Assembly (NCBI GenBank): GCA_964511215.1
Contig: CAZEER010000002.1
Location: 1 to 59,494, forward strand
Reading direction: 5' to 3'
DNA from: an uncultured bacterium
GTDB taxonomy: Bacteria; Fidelibacterota; Marinisomatia; Marinisomatales; UBA1611
Length of the DNA stretch: 59,494 nt
Both the position numbers and the translations under genes were made by a program. The notes under the pieces are model-generated. The model searched no databases and had not been told where the DNA came from. It saw only the letters and a program-made list of their open reading frames with translations. Below, piece after piece: positions 9,180 to 18,084 of the stretch (within the stretch, counting starts at the first letter, position 1; every line of letters begins with the position of its first letter).

Positions 9180-9198
9180 ATATAATTAGTGTTTTTTT
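9167..9198 (+). terminator. possible weak intrinsic terminator overlapping the regulator stop codon
   Basis: AAAAAACAC (9167-9175) pairs perfectly with GTGTTTTTT (9189-9197) across a 13-nt loop and is followed by a T-run. The stem is almost all A-U, so stability is low. Confidence 0.3.
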
Positions 9199-9340
9199 GT
9201 TTTTTACGGGTTAGCAATGGGACTTACAAGGCGGAGCTACATCCTTGATTCAACTACTAATAGATTTATGTTGCAACTTTCTTTCTTTCTTCTATTATTA
9301 CTTCTAGTAAATAGTAACATTGTCTAAATAAATTCAAAAA

Positions 9341-10363
9341 ATGCAAACAAAAAAGGATAATAAGGATATAAAATTATTTGAGGGTAATCTTCAAGAAGTC
9401 TTTTTAATCCTTGTGCAGCAAGTTAGAATAGTTATTCTTACTCCCACAATTTTATGTACAGTGGTTATAATATATGCGTTATTTTTTACAGAACGTTATT
9501 ACACGTCAACTGCTAAAATCATGTCATCAAAGAATAACAAAAATAATTCTGGAGCTATGGGTATAGCGGCACAGTTTGGTATCAATCTTCCTCTTGGTCA
9601 ATCTAATGAAATATGGGTTTACCCAGAAATATTAAAGAGTCGAACTATGGCTCGTACTATTCTGAATAGAAATTTTGATACTAAAAAATTTGGTTCTCAA
9701 AAATCATTAATGCAGATTAAGACTTATGGGAAAAATGATCGCCCGACTGATATGACTATTAAGGAAAGTTTGGCTGTTGATAAATTCATAAAATCAATAG
9801 ATATTAAGGAGGACAGGACGACAGGAATTTTTTCTCTTTCCACAAGCTCATTTGAGCCAGAATTAGCTGCAAATATAATTACAGCTTTAATTCAGGAATT
9901 AGATACTCATCAAAAAGAGCACAATAAGGCTATAGCGAGTAAAACCAGACATTTTATCGATGACCGAATTATTACTGTTGAAAAAGATCTAAGAAATGCT
10001 GAAGAAAGTCTTAGAGATTTTACAATTAGTAATCGACGTATAGAAAACTCACCTTTATTATTACTAGAGCAGGAACGCTTATCAAGGGAAGTCACAGTTC
10101 TTACAGGCGTATTTACAATGTTAAAACAACAATTGGAGACTGCGAAAATTGAAGAGGTTAAAGAATCAAATTATGTTATTATAATTGACCCTCCTGAAAT
10201 TCCAGTTATAGCTAGTGGTCCGAATAGGAGAAAAATGGTAATATTTTCGGGTTTTTTAGGCCTTGGTCTTGGAGTTTTGATTGCTTTATTAGTTAATGTA
10301 TTTCAAGAGCATCAAAAAAGAATCAAAAGTATTTTTGATCTGACCGTAAAAAATTTATTTTAA
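9341..10363 (+). CDS. Wzz-like chain-length determinant (polysaccharide co-polymerase), no kinase domain
   Basis: N-terminal TM (VILTPTILCTVVIIYALFF), central coiled-coil-like region, proline motif DPPEIPVIASGPNRRK and a C-terminal TM (VIFSGFLGLGLGVLIALLV). Confidence 0.75.
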   Translation: MQTKKDNKDIKLFEGNLQEVFLILVQQVRIVILTPTILCTVVIIYALFFTERYYTSTAKIMSSKNNKNNSGAMGIAAQFGINLPLGQSNEIWVYPEILKSRTMARTILNRNFDTKKFGSQKSLMQIKTYGKNDRPTDMTIKESLAVDKFIKSIDIKEDRTTGIFSLSTSSFEPELAANIITALIQELDTHQKEHNKAIASKTRHFIDDRIITVEKDLRNAEESLRDFTISNRRIENSPLLLLEQERLSREVTVLTGVFTMLKQQLETAKIEEVKESNYVIIIDPPEIPVIASGPNRRKMVIFSGFLGLGLGVLIALLVNVFQEHQKRIKSIFDLTVKNLF

Positions 10364-10458
10364 ATAAATAAAAAATCTACCAGGAGTGATCTATAAATAA
10401 AAAAGTAATAGTTAGTGGTGGTGCTGGTTTTATTGGCAGCCACTTAGTAGATGCACTA

Positions 10459-11379
10459 GTGCAAAAAGAGTTTGAAGTAATTGTTTTAGATAATTTAAGC
10501 ACTGGTCGCCTACAAAATATTAATCACCTTATTAATGATTTACAGTTTGTTCATTGTGATATTTCTAAAAATGGAGATTGGGAAAAGTTATTTAAGGGTG
10601 TAGATAAGGTTTTCCATTTAGCTTCCTTAGCTGATATTGTTCCATCTATTGAAAATCCCAAGGATTATTATGAATCCAATGTTAATGGTACTTTTAATAT
10701 ACTAGAAGCATGTAGAAATTATAAAATAAATAAGTTGGTTTATTCAGCCTCCTCATCATGTTATGGTATCCCTGATGATTACCCAACTAAAGAATCTGCT
10801 CCAATTCGACCGCAATATCCTTATGCCCTAACAAAATACCTTGGAGAACAGCTTGTTATGCATTGGAATCAAGTTTATAAGCTTCCTGCCGTGTCCCTTA
10901 GGTTTTTCAATGTATACGGTCCTCGTTCTAGGACATCGGGAACATACGGAGCTGTATTTGGAGTATTTCTAGCTCAGAAATTAGCTAGGAAGCCTTATAC
11001 GGTGGTTGGTGATGGTAGGCAAACTAGAGATTTTACTTTTGTATCAGATATTGTTGATGCAATCATTGTTTCTTCTGAAAGTTTTATAAGTGGAGAAATT
11101 ATAAATATTGGCTCTGATAATACGTATAGTGTTAATCGTTTAGTTGAATTGTTGGGTGGTGATGTAGTTTATATCCCCAAAAGACCTGGTGAACCTGATT
11201 GTACTTGGGCGAATATTTCTAAGGCAAAGAAATTATTAGATTGGTATCCAAAAATAACCTTGGAAGAAGGAGTGAAAATTTTAAAAGAAAATATTGAATA
11301 TTGGAATGAGGCTCCCCTTTGGGATAAAAATTCCATTGAGCAAGCAACTAAAAAATGGTTTGAATATCTAGGAAAATGA
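10459..11379 (+). CDS. NAD-dependent sugar epimerase/dehydratase (extended SDR); real start probably upstream at a non-canonical codon
   Basis: YALTKYLGE (YxxxK), RFFNVYGPR. The NAD motif VSGGAGFIGSH is encoded in frame upstream (10411-10443) of the first canonical start (GTG 10459). In-frame stop at 10387-10389. AGGAG at 10382-10386 is followed by ATA at 10393. Confidence 0.8.
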   Translation: MQKEFEVIVLDNLSTGRLQNINHLINDLQFVHCDISKNGDWEKLFKGVDKVFHLASLADIVPSIENPKDYYESNVNGTFNILEACRNYKINKLVYSASSSCYGIPDDYPTKESAPIRPQYPYALTKYLGEQLVMHWNQVYKLPAVSLRFFNVYGPRSRTSGTYGAVFGVFLAQKLARKPYTVVGDGRQTRDFTFVSDIVDAIIVSSESFISGEIINIGSDNTYSVNRLVELLGGDVVYIPKRPGEPDCTWANISKAKKLLDWYPKITLEEGVKILKENIEYWNEAPLWDKNSIEQATKKWFEYLGK

Positions 11380-12896
11380 ATTCGAAAATAAAAACCATTA
11401 AAGAAATTCAGCAGATTGTAAAATGCCTAAAATTAGAAGCAAAAAAAGTTGTTCATTGTCATGGTGTTTTTGATTTATTACATATTGGGCATATTAAACA
11501 TTTTGAAGAAGCTAAATCAATCGGTGATGTTCTAGTTGTTACAGTGACACCTGATGAATTTGTTAATAAAGGTCCAAATCGCCCTGCTTTTACAACTTCA
11601 CTACGATTGCAGGCCCTAGCTTCACTAGAATCAATAGACTATGTTGTAGCTAATCAATTTCCAACTGCTGTCCAGACAATAAAACTACTACAACCTTCTA
11701 TTTATTGTAAGGGAAAGGATTATAAAAATCACAAAAATGATTTAACGGGCGAAATAGATAATGAAGCAAAAGCTATAGATGATGTAGGTGGTTTAATTTA
11801 TTATACAGATGATATAATGTTTAGTTCAAGTAACTTGCTGAACAAATATGGTGAAGTATTTGATGATTCCCAAAAGTCATTTATTGGTAATATAATTAAT
11901 AAGCAAAGCCTAGATTTTATTACAGATAAGTTAGATGAAATTCAGAACTTAAAAGTATTAGTGATTGGAGAAACGATCATTGATCAGTACGTATTTTGTG
12001 AAGCTTTAGGAAAATCCGGAAAAGAGCCAGTATTAGTTTTAAGAGATCTAAAAATGGAACAATACTCAGGTGGTGCAGCTGCTATCGCCCGTCACTTATC
12101 TGGTTTTTGTAAGGATGTAACTATTTTAAGTGTGCTAGGTGAAAAAAAAGAGTTTGAAGAATTTGTTCGTTTAAGTTTTCCGGATAATGTAAAATCATAT
12201 TTTATTTATAAAAAGAATTCTCCGACCATAATAAAAAAACGCTATGTAGATAGTATATCAAATAGTAAAACTTTAGGTATTTACACTTTAGATGATTCTA
12301 AAATGAATGAAGAAGACCAGAAAAAATTAACTGGTTATTTTTCTGATTGTGTTAAAAATCATGATTTGATTATTATTTCTGATTATGGGCATGGTTTTAT
12401 TTCACCTGATTTTGCTAAGGCGATTTCGAATCAATCAGTTTTCACAACTTTGAATGCACAGGTAAATGCTGCGAATATTGGATATCATACCATGAATAAT
12501 TATTTTGGGATGGATTGTGTAATTATTAATGAAACAGAATTACGACATGAATTACGTGATCGTGAAAACGAACTAGAAGTCCTTATGGTAGAGTTGTCTG
12601 AGAAACTTAAAGCTAAAAATTTAGTTGTAACTCGGGGTAGCTCGGGAGCAAAGCTTTATGAAGCTAATAATTCACATTTTTATTGCCCTGCTTTTGCTAG
12701 TAAAATAGTAGACAAAATTGGTGCAGGAGATGCTATGTTGGCCTTGTTATCTTGTTCGCTCAAAGTAGGCTTAGATCCAAACCTTTCTTTATTTATTGGC
12801 TCTTTAGCTGCAGGGCAGTCTGTTGAAACTATAGGCAATAGTGTACCTGTTAATAAGACTAAACTATTAAAAACATTAGCTCATACAATGAAATGA
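11376..12896 (+). CDS. bifunctional sugar-phosphate nucleotidyltransferase / pfkB sugar kinase (HldE/RfaE-like, reversed domain order)
   Basis: N-terminus HCHGVFDLLHIGHIKHFEEAK (HxGH cytidylyltransferase fold). C-terminal half VLVIGETIIDQY...DKIGAGDAML (pfkB kinase signatures). ATGA overlap with the upstream gene. Confidence 0.8.
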   Translation: MNSKIKTIKEIQQIVKCLKLEAKKVVHCHGVFDLLHIGHIKHFEEAKSIGDVLVVTVTPDEFVNKGPNRPAFTTSLRLQALASLESIDYVVANQFPTAVQTIKLLQPSIYCKGKDYKNHKNDLTGEIDNEAKAIDDVGGLIYYTDDIMFSSSNLLNKYGEVFDDSQKSFIGNIINKQSLDFITDKLDEIQNLKVLVIGETIIDQYVFCEALGKSGKEPVLVLRDLKMEQYSGGAAAIARHLSGFCKDVTILSVLGEKKEFEEFVRLSFPDNVKSYFIYKKNSPTIIKKRYVDSISNSKTLGIYTLDDSKMNEEDQKKLTGYFSDCVKNHDLIIISDYGHGFISPDFAKAISNQSVFTTLNAQVNAANIGYHTMNNYFGMDCVIINETELRHELRDRENELEVLMVELSEKLKAKNLVVTRGSSGAKLYEANNSHFYCPAFASKIVDKIGAGDAMLALLSCSLKVGLDPNLSLFIGSLAAGQSVETIGNSVPVNKTKLLKTLAHTMK

Positions 12897-13459
12897 AAAA
12901 CAAAGATTTCTTAAAAAAATATTTTACTGATTTCTCTGAATTAGTTAAACCTCAAGATGATATAATTGAAAAATTACAAGATGTTGTATCCTTATTGAAA
13001 AAAACTAAAATAAAAAATAAAAAAACTCTTATTTTTGGTAATGGTGGCAGCGCCGCTATATCTAGTCATTTTAGTGTAGACTTAACAAAAAATGCTAAAC
13101 TAAGATGTGTTAATTTTAATGAGGCTGACCTTATTACTTGTTTTTCAAATGACTATGGGTATGAGCATTGGGTTGAAAAGGCCGTAGAGTTTTATGGTGA
13201 TCAAGGTGACTTGTTGATTGTCATTTCTTCAAGTGGTAGTTCACAAAATATGCTTAATGGTATAAAAGCTGCCCGTAAAAATAAATTTGAATCCATTATT
13301 ACACTCTCAGGGTTTGAAAGTAATAACCCACTGCGCAATAGTGGTGATATTAATCTTTGGATTGATAGTAAAGCCTATAATTTTGTAGAAAATATTCATC
13401 AATTATGGCTTTTAGCTGTAGTTGATTTGGTAATAGGCTCACGTGAATATTCAGCATAA
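12893..13459 (+). CDS. gmhA: SIS-domain sugar-phosphate isomerase, phosphoheptose isomerase-like
   Basis: LIFGNGGSAAISSHFSVDL and ISSSGSSQN match GmhA-type SIS motifs. 188 aa; ATGA overlap. Confidence 0.75.
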   Translation: MKNKDFLKKYFTDFSELVKPQDDIIEKLQDVVSLLKKTKIKNKKTLIFGNGGSAAISSHFSVDLTKNAKLRCVNFNEADLITCFSNDYGYEHWVEKAVEFYGDQGDLLIVISSSGSSQNMLNGIKAARKNKFESIITLSGFESNNPLRNSGDINLWIDSKAYNFVENIHQLWLLAVVDLVIGSREYSA

Positions 13460-13469
13460 AATATAAATT

Positions 13470-14450
13470 ATGAAAAAAATTTTTATTACTGGGGGTGCTG
13501 GCTATGTTGGTGCAGTTTTGGTGCCAAAACTTCTTGAAAATGGGTATATTGTATCTGTTCTTGATCTAATGATTTATGGCGATAAAGTTTTACAACCTCA
13601 CCCTAACTTAGACATTATAAAAGGGGACATACGAGACCAGAAATTATTGATGAAAGTCATTCCTGATAACGAAATTTTAATCCATTTAGCATGTATATCT
13701 AATGACCCGAGTTTTGAATTAAATCCCAGATTAGGTAAATCAATTAATTTAGATGCTTTTAGGCCTCTTATTGAAATTTCAAAAAACTGTGGTGTCAAAA
13801 GGTTTATCTATGCTTCATCTTCTAGTGTTTATGGTGTTAAAAGTGTTCCAAATGTAACTGAGGATATGCTTTTAGAACCCTTAACAGATTATTCTAGATT
13901 TAAAGCTGATTGTGAAAAGATTTTAAATGAATATCAATCTGAAAACTTTACTGCTGTCACAATAAGACCGGCAACTGTTTGTGGCTATTCCCCCAGGCAG
14001 AGACTGGATGTTGTTGTTAATATTTTAACTAATTTAGCATTTCATAAAAGAAAAATTTCTGTTTTTGGCGGTGATCAACTCAGACCCAATATTCATATCG
14101 ATGATATGGTTGAAGCCTATGTGAAATTAATAGAGGCCCCTATGCATAAAATTGCAGGGAAAGTATTTAATGCAGGTTTTGAAAATCAAACGGTAAAAAC
14201 ATTAGCAAGAACTGTTCAATCAGTTGTAGGCAATGATGTGAAATTAGTTACCACGCAAACAGAAGATAATAGATCATATCATATTTCATCAGAAAAGATA
14301 AAAGATGAATTAGGATTTGTTGCAACACGTAGTATAAAAGATGCTGTGAAGGATTTATGCAATGCTTTTGAAAAAGGTTTGTTGCCTAATTCGCTACATG
14401 ATGAAATTTATTTTAATATAAAGCGTATGCAAAACATTTCACTCTCCTAA
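13470..14450 (+). CDS. NAD-dependent epimerase/dehydratase family protein (extended SDR)
   Basis: IFITGGAGYVGAVL, ASSSSVYG, YSRFKADCE (YxxxK). Confidence 0.8.
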   Translation: MKKIFITGGAGYVGAVLVPKLLENGYIVSVLDLMIYGDKVLQPHPNLDIIKGDIRDQKLLMKVIPDNEILIHLACISNDPSFELNPRLGKSINLDAFRPLIEISKNCGVKRFIYASSSSVYGVKSVPNVTEDMLLEPLTDYSRFKADCEKILNEYQSENFTAVTIRPATVCGYSPRQRLDVVVNILTNLAFHKRKISVFGGDQLRPNIHIDDMVEAYVKLIEAPMHKIAGKVFNAGFENQTVKTLARTVQSVVGNDVKLVTTQTEDNRSYHISSEKIKDELGFVATRSIKDAVKDLCNAFEKGLLPNSLHDEIYFNIKRMQNISLS

Positions 14451-14452
14451 AA

Positions 14453-16093
14453 ATGAGAATCGGTATTGATTTTGATAATACAATCGTTCGCTATGATAAA
14501 TTATTTAGAGCGATTGCAATAAAAAAAAAAATAATTAGTGATGATTGGAAGGGACAATCCAAAAAGAGTATTAGAAATTATTTGCGTCAAAAAGAAGATG
14601 GTGAAAAGATTTGGATGAAATTACAAGGACAAGTTTATGGTAGATATATGCATCTTGCAGAGTTAATGCCTGGAGTTAGTAATTTCTTATTTGTTTGTAA
14701 CCATCGTGGTTATAAAGTCTTTATTGTTAGTCATAAAACCGAATTTGGTCATTATGACTCTGATAGGGTTTCACTGCGAGTTGAAGCCGTTAAATGGATG
14801 CAGAAAAAAGGTTTTTTTAAAAATTCTCATTTTGGCTTGAATGAGGATAACATATATTTTGCTAGCACGAGGGAAAAGAAAGTAAGCATTATATCAGAAT
14901 TAGATTGTGAATGGTTTGTAGATGACTTGCCCGAAGTTTTTAATGAATCTCATTTTCCAAAATCAACAAAAAAAATTCTTTTTGGATGTTATGAATCGAG
15001 CAATATAGATAATGGTATTATTTTGAATAACTGGAGTGATATTTCCTATAGCATATTAGGTCACTATTCTAATGATGATGTTGCACTGATGGCCAAAAAT
15101 ATATCTAATTTTTCATTGAAAAATATTGAAAAAATATCAGGACGCGGGAATAGTATGGTTTATAAAATATTGGATGAAAAAAACAATAATTTTGTTCTTA
15201 AAATTTATCCTGATTTGATTGTTGATAGTAGATTAAGATTGGAGGTCGAGTTTTCTACTCTTGAATTATTGCACAAACATGGCTTTGCGGATGTCCCTAA
15301 ACCAGTTAATAAAAATGATGAACTAAATATAGGTCTTTATGAATGGTGTAAAGGTGACGAAATTAAAAACCCGGATAAAATGGATATTGATCATGCAATT
15401 CAATTTGTTAAAAGATTATATGATCTTTCAAAAAAATTAATAAATAAAAATGGATTTTATCCTGCGTCTGAAGCCTGCCTTTCAATGGAAGAGGTAGTCT
15501 TTCAGATAGAAAACCGATTGAATAATTTAAAAAAATATGCGTCAGAATATAATGAGATGATTGATTTTCTTGACCATACCCTAATCCCGATTTGGGAAAG
15601 AGTAAAAAATTATAGTTTTTCTTTATGGCCAAAAGAATCAATCACAAATAATTTAGCTGTTGATAAACAGATTTTAAGTCCATCAGACTTTGGATTCCAT
15701 AATTGCTTAAAGTCGAAAAACGGGTCCTTAATATTTTTAGATTTTGATTATTTTGGATGGGATGATCCAGTCAAATTAGTTGCTGATTTTATATGGCATC
15801 CAGGGATGAATTTAGAACCTGAAAGAAAGAAACAATGGAGATCAGAACTGATTTATTTCTTTTCGAAAGATAAATCATTTGAAAATAGACTTCTCGCGGC
15901 CATGCCAATTTATGGGATTCGTTGGGTTTTAATTATATTAAATGAATATTTACCAAGTCTAGCAAAAAAACGCAGAGATGCAATTGGGAAAAAGAATTAT
16001 AATTTCAAAAATTCCCAAAAAATTCAACTAGAGAAAGCACGAAAATATATTAATCAGGTAGAATCGATTTTGCCTCAATTTGTAAAAAGTTAA
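14453..16093 (+). CDS. fusion protein: HAD-like phosphatase domain + APH/choline-kinase-like phosphotransferase domain
   Basis: N-terminus MRIGIDFDNTIV (DxDxT HAD motif I). C-terminal half SPSDFGFHNCL...FLDFDYFGWDDP (HxDxxxxN-like and DxD of the eukaryotic-like kinase/APH fold). Confidence 0.65.
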   Translation: MRIGIDFDNTIVRYDKLFRAIAIKKKIISDDWKGQSKKSIRNYLRQKEDGEKIWMKLQGQVYGRYMHLAELMPGVSNFLFVCNHRGYKVFIVSHKTEFGHYDSDRVSLRVEAVKWMQKKGFFKNSHFGLNEDNIYFASTREKKVSIISELDCEWFVDDLPEVFNESHFPKSTKKILFGCYESSNIDNGIILNNWSDISYSILGHYSNDDVALMAKNISNFSLKNIEKISGRGNSMVYKILDEKNNNFVLKIYPDLIVDSRLRLEVEFSTLELLHKHGFADVPKPVNKNDELNIGLYEWCKGDEIKNPDKMDIDHAIQFVKRLYDLSKKLINKNGFYPASEACLSMEEVVFQIENRLNNLKKYASEYNEMIDFLDHTLIPIWERVKNYSFSLWPKESITNNLAVDKQILSPSDFGFHNCLKSKNGSLIFLDFDYFGWDDPVKLVADFIWHPGMNLEPERKKQWRSELIYFFSKDKSFENRLLAAMPIYGIRWVLIILNEYLPSLAKKRRDAIGKKNYNFKNSQKIQLEKARKYINQVESILPQFVKS

Positions 16094-16858
16094 ATGTTGG
16101 ACGATTGTAACGAAAAACTACTTATTGAAAGAGCTCTAAAGTTGAGGCAAAAAACGTTTCAAGCTTTTGTTGATCATGGAGAAGCCCACCTTGGGGGTAG
16201 CTTTTCTATGATTGAATTATTGATTTCACTTTATGATGTAATTCTTGAGAAAAATGATAAATTCATTTTAAGTAAAGCGCATGCCTCATTCCCTTTATGC
16301 TTATTGTTGAGGGAAAAAGGATTTAATCCAGAACTTACAACACACTTGGAGCTTGATCAGAAAAATGGGGTTCATTGTACAACAGGGAGCTTGGGTCATG
16401 GGCTTCCTATTGCTACAGGTATGGCTTATGCGAGAAAGCAATTAAAGATTAAAGGAAAAATTTATGTTATGATCAGTGATGGTGAGTGTCAAGAAGGTAC
16501 TACCTGGGAGTCATTGCTTATTGCTGCTAAGCATAAATTGGATAATTTGGTGCTTTTGATTGATTATAATAAAATTCAGGCGTTAACTACCCTGGAAGAA
16601 GGTTTGCCTTTGGACAATCTGAGTCAAAAAATTGAAGCATTTAATTGGGAATGTCGAGAAATAATGGATGGGCACTCTTTTGAAGAAATTATACCCACGA
16701 TGTCTTTAGATAATAAAAGACAGAAACCCTGTGCAATTATTGCTCATACAGTTAAAGGAAAGGGCATTAAATCATTTGAAAATGATCCAGCATGGCATGC
16801 AAGAAAGATTAAAGGTACTGAATTAGAAATTGGTAAAAAAGAACTAGGAATAATTTGA
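16094..16858 (+). CDS. transketolase, N-terminal (ThDP pyrophosphate-binding) subunit
   Basis: HLGGSFSMIELLISLY, GSLGHGLPIATGMA, SDGECQEGTTWES. Confidence 0.85.
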   Translation: MLDDCNEKLLIERALKLRQKTFQAFVDHGEAHLGGSFSMIELLISLYDVILEKNDKFILSKAHASFPLCLLLREKGFNPELTTHLELDQKNGVHCTTGSLGHGLPIATGMAYARKQLKIKGKIYVMISDGECQEGTTWESLLIAAKHKLDNLVLLIDYNKIQALTTLEEGLPLDNLSQKIEAFNWECREIMDGHSFEEIIPTMSLDNKRQKPCAIIAHTVKGKGIKSFENDPAWHARKIKGTELEIGKKELGII

Positions 16859-17367
16859 GAAGAACATTCGGTAAAATTATATCTCAATTAGCACATGATG
16901 ATGAAAAAATTTTTGTTATAGTTGGGGATATTGGTTTCAGAGTTTTTGATGATTTTAGAGAAAAATATCCTGAGAGATTTATTAACATGGGTATTTGCGA
17001 ACAAAGTATCATTAGTGTATCAGCGGGTATGGCGTTAGAGGGTTTAAAACCCTGGGTGTATACTATAACACCATTTTTAATTGAACGTCCTTTTGAGCAA
17101 ATAAAATTAGATATTGATCAACAAAAAGTTAATGTAAAATTAATAGGATTTGCAGATTATCCCACACTTGGACCAACACATTCAGAATTAGATGGGAAAA
17201 GATTAATGAGTCTATGTCAAAATATTACGTCTTTTTACCCCGGAGATGGGGTGGAGACTGAATCAATGGTTATGGAGGCCTATAATAAAGATGGCCCAGC
17301 CTTTATCAGTTTGAAAAGTGATCCGAATCTTAGCAAGCATATAACAAGTAACAATAAAATTTTTTAA
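16855..17367 (+). CDS. transketolase pyrimidine-binding subunit, short form lacking the usual C-terminal domain
   Basis: RFINMGICEQSIISVSAGMALEG..PFEQIKLDI. Only 170 aa versus roughly 300 aa for typical split-transketolase C subunits. TTGA overlap with the N subunit. Confidence 0.75.
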   Translation: MRRTFGKIISQLAHDDEKIFVIVGDIGFRVFDDFREKYPERFINMGICEQSIISVSAGMALEGLKPWVYTITPFLIERPFEQIKLDIDQQKVNVKLIGFADYPTLGPTHSELDGKRLMSLCQNITSFYPGDGVETESMVMEAYNKDGPAFISLKSDPNLSKHITSNNKIF

Positions 17368-17404
17368 AAATAATTTATTTAATTACAATATTTTAAGGAA
17401 CAAT

Positions 17405-18070
17405 ATGGGAAAATTAGTTAATTATGTTACAGAACTCCATAAAGCCACATCTAGAAAATATATTGATCGTATGATAGATGATAAGGTAACGTGCATGCTG
17501 AAAGCTAAAGAGTACGAAAAAGATTATTGGGATGGAGATCGACGTTATGGTTATGGTGGATATCGGTACTTACCTGGTCGCTGGAAACCGGTAGCCGAAA
17601 AACTTATTGAAAATTATGGATTAACAAATAATTCTAGTGTTTTAGATGTTGGATGTGGTAAGGCTTACCTCCTTTATGAAATTAAGTTGCTATTGCCAAA
17701 TATAAGAGTATCTGGTTTCGATATATCGGACCATGGTATATCTTGCGCGAAAGAAGAGGTAATAGATTCATTATTCATTCATAAGGCTCAAGAGCAATTT
17801 CCTTTTGATGATAATGAATTTGATTTAGTGATATCACTTGGATGTTTTCATAATTTGCAGATTTTTGAATTAGAGGTAGCTTTGAAAGAAACTGAAAGGG
17901 TTGGGAGGCAAGGTTATGTTATGTTGGAAAGCTATAGGAATGAGCAAGAACAATTTAATCTCCAATGCTGGGCATTAACTTGTGAATCATTCTTTGATCA
18001 TAAAGAGTGGCCTTGGATTTATAAGCATTTTGGTTATAGTGGTGACTATGAATTTATATATTTTGAATAA
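17405..18070 (+). CDS. class I SAM-dependent methyltransferase
   Basis: VLDVGCGKAYLLYE (motif I) and FDLVISLGCFHN. Confidence 0.8.
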   Translation: MGKLVNYVTELHKATSRKYIDRMIDDKVTCMLKAKEYEKDYWDGDRRYGYGGYRYLPGRWKPVAEKLIENYGLTNNSSVLDVGCGKAYLLYEIKLLLPNIRVSGFDISDHGISCAKEEVIDSLFIHKAQEQFPFDDNEFDLVISLGCFHNLQIFELEVALKETERVGRQGYVMLESYRNEQEQFNLQCWALTCESFFDHKEWPWIYKHFGYSGDYEFIYFE

Positions 18071-18084
18071 TTTTTAGATTGAAA

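Noticed and set aside
16094-17367. Housekeeping pentose-phosphate transketolase
   Set aside because: The split and shortened form (254 + 170 aa, no C-terminal domain) and the glycan-locus context make a central-metabolism role unlikely. It cannot be excluded without the rest of the genome.
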